A stretch of DNA of 64,000 nt. Source: Macrostomum lignano. Lineage: Eukaryota. The notes beneath the pieces were generated by a model that was not told the DNA's origin, did no database searches, and was given only the letters and a program-made list of their open reading frames with translations. The stretch spans positions 124,001-188,000 of the forward strand of contig NIVC01001344.1 in NCBI GenBank assembly GCA_002269645.1, read 5' to 3'. Below, one piece after another: positions 34,969-47,697 of this stretch (the first letter of the stretch is position 1; every line of letters begins with the position of its first letter). The translations under genes were made by a program, and so were the position numbers.

Positions 34969-35798
34969 TGCCGGGTGACTGCCATTTTAGCGTTAGATTT
35001 TCACAAATTGATTAAATTAAATTTGAATTGATTAAATTGATTGGTAAACAAACTGGTCTGCTACATGCATTGCCCATCTAACCATGGCCTTCTCTCTGCC
35101 TTTAATAATCTCAGCTCACTTCTGTAAGTTCTGCACACTGACTGAGTGACTGACTGACTCAGTGGGGACCAGCCAGCAGTGGGGATTCAGCTCATGGGGA
35201 TGGGGATCTCATGGGGACTGAGTATTATCAGTTACTGGAAAGCTGGCAGTACGAGAACTTCACAGTATTTGACAAAGCAACTCATGAACCGCCTCGCAAA
35301 ATCCACTTTTGCTAACCTTCTCTGCCCTGCCTCCTGGATTTTCCTCTCTCCCCTGTCACTCTATCGCCCTGTCACTCTCTCCCGCCCTGTCACTATCCCA
35401 CCCTGTCACTCTCCCACCCTGTCACTCTCCCACCCTGTCATGTACAAAAATACAAAACTGCCAGAAATATTTTCTGCCATTGTACAGACTGATAAACTAT
35501 TCGTAAATCAGAGTTCCACATTTTCTTTACTTTGCATTCAAATTAGTTAAAGATGTGCGCAATGAGCTACTTATAGCAGCACTACAGAAATCATATTGAA
35601 ATGAAATTAGAATTGAATTTATGGAAATTTATTGATAATTGCCCCAGCAACTCATGCTAATACCTACCTGTTGATTTCTCAGGAAGTTTTGTGTCAGATG
35701 CGAGCTGTGAGACTCGGCGTTGGGATGGCGATGGCGCGACAATCTACTATTCACAAAACAGTTATGCTTTAATTCACAAGCAAAAAAGTAGCACTCAG

Positions 35799-35871
35799 TA
35801 CCCCAGGAAGGACTCGAACCCTCAACCTCCGGATTAGAAGTCCGACGCGCTATCCATTGCGCCACTGGGGC
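35799..35871 (-). tRNA. trnR-UCU: tRNA-Arg(TCT) with C63T variant
   Basis: Identical to 10851-10923. Confidence 0.92.
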
Positions 35872-36186
35872 TTCGTTAGTCGAAGAAGCGAGTTTTGAAC
35901 TTTAATTCTGAATTGCTTTGCCTGCTGAAAGCGGAGACTTCAATGGTGAGTAGCAGAAAATCTTGAGCAGCTGTTTCACTATTAGACTCAAGAAATTAAG
36001 CTAGAGTCAACTTAAACATGCTCAATAATTTGGTCACGAGTCGAAAGTGTGAAATCGGTAACACCTCTGACTCTGAGCAACTATAGGCACGAGATTGGCA
36101 GAAGTTTTAGGGACCAACACAGCCGGTTAATGTGCTCCGCTGCACTGCAGAAGTGTGAGCAGCATTTCTGGCTATCTTAATCCCCT

Positions 36187-36366
36187 CAGGGACTACTCAA
36201 ACACCGGGACGGGAAACTAAAATTTTTTTACGAGGCTGGCTGGCAATTATTTTCATTAGAGAGATGCTGTGTTACTTTGTTGTCTATGGTTATTTTCTAC
36301 TGCTGATGATAGACCAGCCTCGTAAAAAAATTCTAGTTTCCCGTCCCGGTGTTTGAGTAGTCCCTG
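36187..36366. mobile_element. 180-bp hAT-type MITE, second copy
   Basis: Same TIRs and AATCCCCT TSD at the orthologous site of unit C. Confidence 0.9.
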
Positions 36367-37751
36367 AATCCCCTTGTACGCTTAGGCACTATTGTTGGAC
36401 TCTGAAGGTGGCGTAGACTCCTCAAGCCATGGGCATCTCAGCAGCTATAGACTACACTGCATCAAACATCACACATTTTCACACACTTTCGGACCCGACT
36501 TGAACCAAAACTTGAAATGGGGATCAGCGCAGAATCCCCTGCTGTGAGGCCGAATTCAGCTTAAATGCGAGTGGGAAGCTGGTTATGCATCATCGAGTCA
36601 TTTCAAGGTGCGAAATTCCAAGGAGGCTGATCACAGTTGGGTGATGAAAGACCAACAGAATTACTACAAAAACAACAGCAGCTGGAGTGGTGGGGGCTCC
36701 GGAGTTCTGCCCCAAATTCGGTATACTGACTGAGCTGCAGCGATTCTGCAAATGCCTGTCCCTCTTTATTCACGCATTTCAACTGAGGCTGTGCCGCTCA
36801 CTGCCTCGCTTCCCCGCGGACTGCCGCGGAAAATTAAAAGGGACGGAAAATGTGAGCAGAGTAGAGAGTTGCTGGTAGATGTGGGTAGAGGGTAGAGCGG
36901 AGACTGTAGACGGGAGAGTGAGGAGCTTAGAGCGGAGAGTAGTGAGAGGAGAGCGAAGAGGGTAGAGTGGAGAGATTATAGGGTAGAGTAGAGAGGGTAG
37001 AGAGAGCGAAGAGGGTAGAGTGGAGAGTGGAGGGCAGAGGGTAGAGCGGTGAGGTTAGAGTGGAGAGTGGAGAAATAGATGGTAGAGCGGTGAGGGTAGA
37101 GGGTAGAGCGGAGAGGGTAGAGTGGAGAGTGGGAGAGGTGCATGTAGAGGATAGACAGTAGATTTAAGGGCTATAAGGGATTTAAGATTCTGATAACAAA
37201 ATGCCGTACCCAGATGCGAGAATTTATTCAGCTATAAAACCAATGCAGATTCCCTAAAATCGAAGTCGCAACAACTGCAAACTCGCGCATCTTAAATCTG
37301 CAGTCAGTCCATGCTGGTGTCTGAATTGCGGCTTTGGAGAAGGGCTGGCACCCCAGGCTCTGGCTGCAGGCCTCCCTGCCCCATCCCAGCAACCGGCGCA
37401 CCCAGTTCGGCTCGGCATCTCCGCTGGTTGCCAGGCGAATCGGCACAACTCGAACTGGGCTGTGCGAACACCTGGAGAGCTGAGTCGGCCTGAGCATCTC
37501 GCTGCATCATGGGCTGCTGCCAGGTGTCTCCAGCTGCTGCACAGCGGACCGCACCGCTTTGGCTGTCGGTTGCCGGGCGGCGGCCCCACAGAAGTGCGAA
37601 ACTCGAGGGCGAGAGGCGGGTGGGTCCGGTGGGGCTGGAGCGACCGGAGCGATTCGGGTTGCCTTGCCGGGACCGAGGAGCTTTGGGATTCGAATTGGGT
37701 GAGGGGGCTGAGGGAGGTGAGTGAAGGATCTTTGGGTTTTGTGTTGCAGGC

Positions 37752-39178
37752 AGAGAGAGGAGAGGGTAGACATGAGACAGCACCGGGCAGAGAGGAGAGG
37801 GTAGACATGAGACAGCCCAGAGCAGAGAGGAGGGGGTAGACATGAGACAGTACAGGGCAGAGAGGAGGGGGTAGACATGAGACAGCACAGAGCAGAGAGG
37901 AGAGGGTAGACAGGAGACAGCACAGGGCAGAGAGGAGGGGGTAGACATGAGACAGTACAGGGCAGAGAGGAGGGGGTAGACATGAGACAGCACAGAGCAG
38001 AGAGGAGAGGGTAGACATGAGACAGCACAGGGCAGAGAGGAGGGGGTAGACATGAGACAGTACAGGGCAGAGAGGAGGGGGTAGACATGAGACAGCACAG
38101 AGCAGAGAGGAGAGGGTAGACATGAGACAGCCCAGAGCAGAGAGGAGGGGGTAGACATGAGACAGTACAGGGCAGAGAGGAGGGGGTAGACATGAGACAG
38201 CACAGAGCAGAGAGGAGAGGGTAGACAGGAGACAGCACAGGGCAGAGAGGAGGGGTAGACATGAGACAGTACAGGGCAGAGAGGAGGGGGTAGACATGAG
38301 ACAGCACAGAGCAGAGAGGAGAGGGTAGACATGAGACAGCACAGGGCAGAGAGGAGAGGGTAGACAGGAGACAGCACACAGCAGAGAGGAGAGGGTAGAC
38401 ATGAGACAGCCCAGAGCAGAGAGGAGGGGGTAGACATGAGACAGCACAGGGCAGAGAGGAGAGGGTAGACAGGAGACAGCACACAGCAGAGATGAGAGGG
38501 TAGACATGAGACAGCCCAGAGCAGAGAGGAGGGGGTAGACATGAGACAGCACAGGACAGAGAGGAGAGGGTAGACATGAGACAGCACAGGGCAGAGATGA
38601 GGGGGTAGACATGAGACAGCACAGGGCAGAGAGGAGGGGGTAGACATGAGACAGCACCGGGCAGAGAGGAGAGGGTAGACATGAGACAGCACAGAGCAGA
38701 GAGGAGGGGGTAGACATGAGACAGCACACAGCAGAGATGAGAGGGTAGACATGAGACAGCCCAGAGCAGAGAGGAGGTGGTAGACATGAGACAGCACAGG
38801 GCAGAGAGGAGGGGATAGACATGAGACAGCACAGGACAGAGAGGAGAGGGTAGACATGAGACAGCACAGGGCAGAGAGGAGAGGGTAGACATGAGACAGC
38901 ACAGAGCAGAGAGGAGAGGGTAGACATGAGACAGCACAGAGCAGAGAGGAGGGGGTAGACATGAGACAGCACAGGGCAGAGAGGAGGGGGTAGACATGAG
39001 ACAGCACAGGGCAGAGAGGAGAGGGTAGACATGAGACAGCACAGAACAGAGAGGAGAGGGTAGACATGAGACAGCACAGAGCAGAGAGGAGAGGGTAGAC
39101 ATGAGACAGCACAGGGCAGAGAGGAGAGGGTAAACATGAGACAGCACAGGACAGAGATTAGGGGGTAGACATGAGACA
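37752..39178. repeat. 35-bp minisatellite, unit C
   Basis: Direct reading. Confidence 0.95.
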
Positions 39179-39432
39179 GGAAGGGGAGAAAAGGCAAAGG
39201 GGAACTGAAAAGAGAGAGGGGGAAAGAGAATAAAGGTAGATAAAAGAGGGGATGAATATATATTTTTTTGATAATTCACAGTTCATTTGGCAGTCACCTG
39301 TAAGCACAGATCTGTGACCCTCTCCCTTCCTCCAATCCCAAGGCTCTCATTCCACTTTAAACACCTGCTGTGTGAGCTCACTGAAATTCACAGTTAAATC
39401 TCAAATACTGCAATGGGAACGGATTAACACCA

Positions 39433-39505
39433 TCCCCAGTGGCGCAATGGATAGCGCGTCGGACTTCTAATCCGGAGGTTGAGGGTTCGAGTCCCTCCTG
39501 GGGTG
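39433..39505 (+). tRNA. trnR-UCU: tRNA-Arg(TCT) with G1T change (U1:U72 mismatch)
   Basis: TCCCCAG...CTGGGGT; remainder identical to the intact copies. Confidence 0.8.
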
Positions 39506-39667
39506 TGATATGTAATTTTTGCAACGGAGAAATAAATATGATTTTAGCTATGAGTTTTGATTTAATTGTGGTAAATCGTACATATTTGTAGGAAACGGAC
39601 TTCAGCTTTGAATTCCTGAAATATTACTAGATATGTGAGAAGCTCATGAGTTCATGAGTGGGTTCAT

Positions 39668-40242
39668 GAGGGGAGTCTGTGGGGTCAAGGGGAGTCTGTG
39701 GGGTCAAGGGGAGTCTGTGGGGTCAAGGGGAGTCAGTGTGATCAAGGGGAGTCACATGGGTCAATAGGAGTCAGTGGGGTCAAGTGGAGTCAGTGGGGTC
39801 AATAGGAATCAGTGGAGTCAAGTTGAGTCAGTGGGTCAAGGGGACTCAGTGGGGTCAAAGGGAGTCAGTGGGGTCAAGGGGACTCAGTGGGGTCGAGGTA
39901 AGTCAGTGTGATCAAGGCGACTCAGTGTGATCAAGGGGAGTGAGTGGGGTCAATGGGAGTCACAGGGGTCAGGGGGAGTCAGATTGATCAAGAGGACTCA
40001 GTGGGGTCAAGGTGAGTCAGTGGGGTCAAGCGGAGTCTGTGGGGTCAAGGGGAGTCAGTGGGATCAAGAGGACTAAGTGTGATCAAGGGGAGTCAGTGGG
40101 ATCAAGGGGAGTCAGTGGGATGAAGAGGAGTCATTGTGATCAAGGGGACTCAGTGGGGTCGAGGGGAGTCACAGGGGTCAGGGGGAGTCAGTGGGGTCAA
40201 GGTGAGTCAGTGGGGTCAAGGTGAGTCAGTGGGGTCAAGGGG
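39668..40242. repeat. 20-bp G-rich minisatellite, unit C
   Basis: Same family as 13610. Confidence 0.9.
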
Positions 40243-40517
40243 ATTCATGTTGCACCCTTTGAGTTCAGCTCCGTGACGTCATCGGGTTGTTTGACTTGAA
40301 TACAATTTTTAACGCAACTTGAGTCATGGCGATGCAGCGCAGGATCTGGTTGTTTATGATTTGTACCCTAAGTGAGCTCATCCAACGTCATGATTTCGAT
40401 TCGCAAGTTTGCCATACAATTAACATTGATACTACGCTCGTACTAATGCTTTTTATTATTGCAATATATACCTTACATTGTATCAGTACTTTATTTATGC
40501 AATCGTAAAATATATAA

Positions 40518-40680
40518 TCCGCCCCCCCTCTGACACTCCTCAATCCGCTCCTCTGACACTCCTCAATCCGCTCCTCTGACACTCCTCAATCCGCTCCTCT
40601 GACACTCCTCAATCCGCTCCTCTGACACTCCTCAATCCGCTCCTCTGACACTCCTCAATCCGCTCCTCTGACACTCCTCT
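40518..40680. repeat. 23-bp minisatellite, unit C
   Basis: Same unit as 14115. Confidence 0.9.
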
Positions 40681-41100
40681 CTCAATCTCCCTTGACGCTG
40701 CTCGAGCCCCGCATGGAATTCGGATCGGTCGAAACGAGACCAAGATTGGGAAAATTGGTCCTGCTAATGAGGAAAATGAATGACAATTTCGTGCAGACAG
40801 TGCGGTTTTCTCCGCTAATCTCTCCAAGCTGTTTCTTGGAAACAAGCTGGCCTGGGCTGGTCCGTCACTTCCCATGTCTCCAGTGCTCGCTCCATTCCAG
40901 TGCTGGCTGTCGGGCCTCCCCTCAACCCACCGAAACTGAAAGCTCGTCAGCCAATGGCAGGCGGCCCCACAGCCACAGGTGAAGTAACTGCCCCCATTGG
41001 TCAGCCGTGAGGACTGCAGCGAGCTGCACAGGATATTAGAGGGAATAATTTCTCAGATCTCAGGCTGTCTACAGCTTCATCCAGCTTCTCTGCCTCATCA

Positions 41101-41822
41101 ATGCAACCGTCAGGGAATCGCAGCTTCATCGGCATGAGGTGAGTTTTGAGAACAGCTTTGAGCACAGGGAATATTTTTGAGACCCACTTAGCTCAGCAGT
41201 ATGGACCCACTGCCGCCGTGACGGATCCCAAATCCTAAACTTCCCCGCTCTCCCCAGCCCGCAGGAAGCTGGCGAGGAACCGCTCCCCATTGTGAAGCAC
41301 ATCCTGCAGCTGCAGAATCGGTACATGCAGTACCTGCGGCAGCAGGCTGACACCCAGCAGCAGCACCAGCCCGCCGCCATCTCGCTGACCGCTGGCGCCC
41401 CGCTGCCCGCTGCCGCCCCGCTGCCCGCTGTCGCCCAACTGCCCGCTGCCGCCCCGCTGCCCGCTATCGCCCCGCTGCCCGCTGCCGCCCCGCTGCTCGC
41501 TGCCGCCCCGCTGCACGCTGCCGCCCCGCTGCCCGCTGCCGCCCCGCTGCCCAACGCCGCCCTGCAGCGCGCGGTGCTCGCCAAGAACGCCAGCCGGCCG
41601 CGGCGCCCCGTCTTCTGCGTCTTCTGCCGCAAGAACGGCGAGCCGGAGGCCTTCAGCAGCGGCCACACCCTGAAGGACGGCAACGGCAGCGTCGTCTGCC
41701 CGGTGCTCAGCCGCTTCACCTGCCCGTTGTGCGGCGCCACTGGCGGCAGCGCCCACACCGTGAAATACTGCCCGCTGGGCACCGGCCACGGCTGCGGCCA
41801 CCGACTGCAGACGGGACAGTGA
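41101..41822 (+). CDS. nanos: nanos copy C; exons 41101-41138 and 41258-41822 (200 aa)
   Basis: Intact tandem CCHC domain; same 119-nt intron. Confidence 0.9.
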
Positions 41823-42715
41823 GAGCTGTGCACTCTCAATACCCCCCCAGCTGTGCACTCTCAATACCCCCTCAGCTGTGCACTCTCAATACCCCTCAGC
41901 TGTGCACTCTCAATACCCCCTCAGCTGTGCACTCTCAATACCCCAGCTGTGCACTCTTAATACCCCAGCTGTGCACTCTCAATACCCCAGCTGTGCACTC
42001 TCAATACCCCAGCTGTGCACTCTCAATACCCCAGCTGTGCACTCTCAATATCCCAGCTGTGCACTCTCAATACCTCAGCTGTGCACTCTCAATACCTCAG
42101 CTGTGCACTCTCAATACCTCAGCTGTGCACTCTCAATACCCCAGCTGTGCACTCTTAATACCCCAGCTGTGCACTCTCAATACCCCAGCTGTGCACTCTC
42201 AATACCTCAGCTGTGCACTCTCAATACCTCAGCTGTGCACTCTCAATACCTCAGCTGTGCACTCTCAATACCTCAGCTGTGCACTCTCAATACCTCAGCT
42301 GTGCACTCTCAATACCCCAGCTGTGCACTCTCAATACCCCAGCTGTGCACTCTCAATATCCCAGCTGTGCACTCTCAATACCTCAGCTGTGCACTCTCAA
42401 TACCTCAGCTGTGCACTCTCAATACCCCAGCTGTGCACTCTCAATACCCCAGCTGTGCACTCTCAATACCCCAGCTGTGCACTCTCAATACCCCAGCTGT
42501 GCACTCTCAATACCTCAGCTGTGCACTCTCAATACCTCAGCTGTGCACTCTCAATACCTCAGCTGTGCACTCTCAATACCTCAGCTGTGCACTCTCAATA
42601 CCTCAGCTGTGCACTCTCAATACCCCCTCAGCTGTGCACTCTCAATACCCCTGCTGTGCACTCTCAATACCTCAGCTGTGCACTCTCAATACCCCCTCAG
42701 CTGTGCTCTCTCAAT
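41823..42715. repeat. nanos-downstream minisatellite, unit C
   Basis: Same unit as 16159. Confidence 0.95.
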
Positions 42716-43389
42716 TGTAATGCATTTACAAATAATGAACGCCTAAATCTACACCAGACAATGTAAATAACAAATTAATCTTTGCTTTAAAATTCGATAA
42801 ATAAATATTTCTTTTGCAATTATCTGCAATCCATCACTTAATCAGAGACGCTTGCATTCCGCTTTTAATTTGGTCCAAGCCTGTCAGAAATTAGTTTCAG
42901 GGCTTTGGTGTATAAGTATGTTCATCGTCCTGAGTTCGAATCCGTTCGATCTATTGATGACAGACTCATTCGTTAAACACGGAAGTACCGCTACTTTGGC
43001 ACTGATTGCATGCACTGAGATATTCGGAAATTTTGTGAGCATCGGCGCTTGTGAAAGCAGAAACTCTTATCAATAATCATTTTCAATATTGTTTCAGTTG
43101 AATTGAAAGAAATGCAGCAGAAACGCCTGACAATTTATGGGGATCCAGGATGCATCAGTTTAGTCACGGATGTGTGTGACTGGGCGGGTTCTGGCTTAAG
43201 CTCGGGGCTCAGTGTACTCATCAGTGCGCCAACACACCCTACCGATCTCACCCATTGTTATGCCTTGCTTTATGCCCAATGCCTTCACACCTTTATGCAG
43301 CTCAAATGTATTAACTAAAGCGTCAGATTGATTGGCACAGGGTCAGTGAGCTCATGGGGCACAGCAAGAGCCATTCGGGTCTGCATGGG

Positions 43390-43900
43390 GCTGAGGTGCG
43401 GCCTGCGCTGCCCAGCTGGTCGGCCGAAGTCTGTGCTATTTTTAGAACCAGTCCGTCCATCAGTTCAAGATAATCTGGTGCGCCTGCGGCGGTTGCTAAG
43501 GCAGCTCTGGGATTTTCTAACCGATTCGAAAGCTCGAAAGCTCAAAATCTCGGCGGGCTGGAGAGGCCGATGGCTGCAGCCGGAGAGACAGCTGTCCGTT
43601 GCCAAGCGGTTTCCGAGCGGGAATTCGCGGTCGCCTCTCGCCCAGCCCAGGTGGCTGCGGCTGCTGGAGCGACTCGAGCGATCCGGGTTGCCATGCCGGG
43701 CCCGAGGAGGTTTGGGATTCGAATTGGGTGAGAGGGCTGAGCTGAGGCCGTGGGGGACAGGGGGAGAGGAGGGTTCGACGGGATCTTCAGGGAATGAGCG
43801 GATTGGCGGAGTGGCGGATTTCGGAGGTTTGCAGGGGCGGATTGCAGTGGTTTCGAGGGGCGGATCGCGGAGGTCAGAAAGGTGGATGGCGGAGGTCAGA
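43390..43900 (+). repeat. E element (E1 type)
   Basis: Near-identical to 18380-18900. Confidence 0.85.
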
Positions 43901-45283
43901 GGGGCGGATGGTTGAGGTCCGAGGGGCGGATGGTTGAGGTCCGAGGGGCGGATGGTTGAGGTCCGAGGGGCGGATGGTTGAGGTCCGAGGGGCGGATAAG
44001 GCATTTAAAAGTCTTCACCAACCCTACAGCAAAGCTCAGTCTGATGTGAAATGTGAGCTTACTGTTTGTCAATGCGGCTGCCTACCTGTGATTTATGGCT
44101 TTGAGATTTGGCCCAGCGCTGCTGCCATTGGCGGAGGCCTTGTTGTGTTCGCAGCTCGGAGCCGAGTGTGGGAATCTGCGGTGGGGAATATCTGGGAGGA
44201 TCTGTGAACCGCTGCCCTCCCACGCTTCTCTTGGTTATTAGGCTCTCGTGCTCTCTTTTGTGTTGTGCCTGGATTCCCATGGGAAACTGCTGCCCAATGC
44301 AAGGAGAGCTAGAAATCTATGGAAGTGGCAACCACAAAATATTGAGCCTTGAATGTTTGCTCAAACAAGGAATATTTTCTCACCATCCTTCTGATTGCAC
44401 TTGTTCATGCAATTGCAAGTTCACCAAACACCGTTTACTCAGGATAATAGCACAAGAGCGCACTGACACAAGCGCACACTGACACAAGAGCGCACTGACA
44501 CAAGAGCGCACTGACACAGGAGCGCACTGACACAATAGCGCACTGACACAAGAGCGCACTGACACAAGAGCGCACTGACACAAGAGCACACTGACACAAG
44601 AGCGCACTGACACAAGAGCGCCCTTTACTGAAACTGCACTCCCCCGTAGATCCTGACACTGACGCCCCTCTATAGATCCTGACACCCTATAAGAGACCTA
44701 GACTTTTCTATAGGGTTCCTGACACTTCTGAATATCCTGACATCCCTTTTACACACACTGACACTAGGGCATACTCCATGAATCCTGACACCGCCCTACA
44801 GATTCTGACACCTAGATAGATCCTGACACAGCTTTGACAGATCCTGACATTCCTCTGAAGATCCTGACATCCCTCAGTAGATACTGACACCCCTCTGTAG
44901 ATCCTGACAACCCTCTGTAGATCCTAACACCCCTCTGTAGATCCTGACCCCTCTGTAGATCCTGACACCACTGTGTAGATAGTGACACTCCTGTGTAGAT
45001 CCTGACACCCCTCTGTAGATCCTGACCCCCTCTGTAGATCCTGACATCCCTCAGTAGATCCTGACACCCCTCTGTAGATCCTGACAACCCTCTGTAGATC
45101 CTGACACCCCTCTGTAGATCCTGACCCCCTCTGTAGATCCTGACACTCCTGTGTAGATCCTGACACTCCTGTGTAGATCCTGACACACCTCTGTAGATCC
45201 TGACCCCTCTGTAGATCCTGACACCACTCTACAGATACTGACACAAACAATGAAAAATTCGAAAGCATCCCTCAAAATTTCAG

Positions 45284-46092
45284 TTCACGACTCCAAGCAC
45301 TCAAACCGGAGCGGGCAGCCTCGCAGGCTCAGCTTCCGATGTTGCGCCCGCTGCAGTGTCAGCTGGACTCAAACATAAAACAGAATTCTGCCGCAACTTT
45401 GAAGTGAGTCCACAGCTCTGCTGCTCTGCAATTGAGTCCTGTTTGCCGCTTTGGCTGACTCATTTTTGTAAAACCGCCCCTCGTTACCTCTGGCATCCAC
45501 ACAATCTGCCCCTAATCCTCTCTGACAACTCCACAATCTATACCCCTGACAAGTCTCCAGCCGCCCCTGACAAGTCTCCAGCCGCCCCTGACAAGTCTCC
45601 AGCTGAATCCACCCCGGGGCCGTAGCCCAGCGGTCTAGCGCAGGCTCTGGTGTGCCAGCGACCCAGGCTCGATTCCAAGTGCAGTCACATTAATTTGGGG
45701 CTGAATTGGAATCTCGGCTTGGCTCTGCTCGTGCAATTAACGGTCTTGAGAGCCGACCCCCCAAGGCGCAGTGAAGTGTACATGCCTAACGATAAAATAA
45801 AGTTAGGGCCGGTGTACACTCCTGTGTGAGTGTGTGCCTGCGTACGTATCCGCGCGCTTGTGTGCCTGCTCAGGGGAGTCGGCGGAATGGGCAGTAATGC
45901 CTCTTGCCGGTTGTGTGCCAATGTCGCTTAAAGTGCGCCAGGGTGCACACAACCCCCCTGCCTCTAATAACAAAAATCCACCCCGCACACCCGCAGCTCA
46001 GTGGCACCTGCCCATTTTCCAGCCGCTGCCAGTTCTCCCACGGCCCCGAGGAACGGCCCCGATGGAGGATATCCCCATCTCACTGGCACTGA
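45284..46092 (+). CDS. CCCH gene copy C; exons 45284-45403 and 45997-46092; single intact finger, finger 2 deleted
   Basis: KHKTEFCRNFE|LSGTCPFSSRCQFSHGPEE followed by a new tail RPRWRISPSHWH*; may be a pseudogene. Confidence 0.65.
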
Positions 46093-46989
46093 TTGTGGCT
46101 CACTGGCACTTATTGTGGCTCACTGGCACTTATTGTGACTCACTGGCACTGATTGTGGCTCACTGGCACTTATTGTGACTCACTGGCACTGATTGTGGCT
46201 CACTGGCACTTATTTTGACTCACTGTCACCGATTGTGACTCATTGGCACTGATTGTGACTCTCTGGTACTGATTGTGACTCACTGGCACTTACTGTGACT
46301 CACTGGCACTTACTGTGACTCAGTGTCATTGATTGAGACTCACTGGCACTGATTGTGGCTCACTGGCACTGATTGTGGCTCACTGGCACTTATTTTGACT
46401 CATTGGCACTGATTGTGACTCACTGGCACTGATTGTGGCTCACTGGCACTGATTGTGGCTCACTGGCACTTATTGTGACTCACTGGCACTGATTGTGGCT
46501 CAATGGTAATGATTGTGGCTCAATGGCACTGATTGTGACTTACTGGCACTGATTGTGTGACTCACTTGCACTGATTGTGTGACTCACTGGCACTGATTGT
46601 GACTCACTGGCACTGATTGTGGCTCACTGGCACTGATTGTGACTCACTGGCACTGATTGTGACTCACTGGCACTGATTGTGGCTCACTGGCACTGATTGT
46701 GGCTCACTGGCACTGATTGTGGCTCACTGGCACTGATTGCGGCTCACTGGTAATGATTGTCGCATTAAGCCAGGACTGAAACGGAAGGAAAAGAAAAACA
46801 ACTTCTGAAGATCTAGGACGCCTAAATCTTAGTATCTTGAGCTTCTAAACTTGCTGTCGATTTGAGAAGCAGATTTCGGAAATTATTTTTACAGTTTTAG
46901 CGAGGCAAAGATTGGCAGACTGCATGAAATTCTTAGGTGAATTGCTTAAAGGTAATTTTTTGTTTCAAAATCTTTCCTTCCTTCCCTAA

Positions 46990-47610
46990 CGGTTAGGGTT
47001 CATGACACCAAATTTTACATCGACGAAGGCAGCGAGTTAAGCCTACAAGCCCCAACCTTATGCTTTACGCCTTCACACCTTCATGCAGCTCAAATATATC
47101 AGTGGTAGAGCTACCAAGGCGGAGAATTCCCACCCCCCGCTGGGCAGTTCGGCCAGTTCGGCTTGGCACTCCTTGTTGGCCGGTCTGTGCTATTTTTAGA
47201 ATCAGTCGAGATGAGACTCCACAGGTGCGCCTGCGGCGGTTGCTAAGGCAGCTCTGGGATTTTCGAACCGATTCGAAAGCTCGACTTCAAAGCTCGAAAG
47301 TTCGAAATCTCGGCGGGCTGGAGAGACCGATGGCTGCAGCCGGAGACAGCTGTCCGTTGCCAAGCGGTTTCCGAGCGGGAATTCGCGGTCGCCTCTCGGC
47401 CAGCCCAGGTGGCTGCGGCTGCTGGAGCGACTCGAGCGATCCGGGTTGCCATGCCGGGCCCGAGGAGGTTTGGGATTCGAGTTGGGTGAGGGGGCTGAGC
47501 TGAGGCCGTGGGAGAGAGGAGGAATTCGGCGGATTCTTGGCGGAGGGGCGGATTTGGGAGGTTTGCAGGTCTGATTACAGAGATTTCGAGGGGCGGATCG
47601 CGGAGGTCAG
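46990..47610 (+). repeat. E element (E2 type)
   Basis: Near-identical to 22270-22900. Confidence 0.85.
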
Positions 47611-47697
47611 AGGGTAGAAGGTAAAGTAGAGACCGGAAATGCTAGAGGCTTGAGAGGAAGTGGAGAGTGGAGAGAGTAGCGGAGAGAGTAGAGAGGG

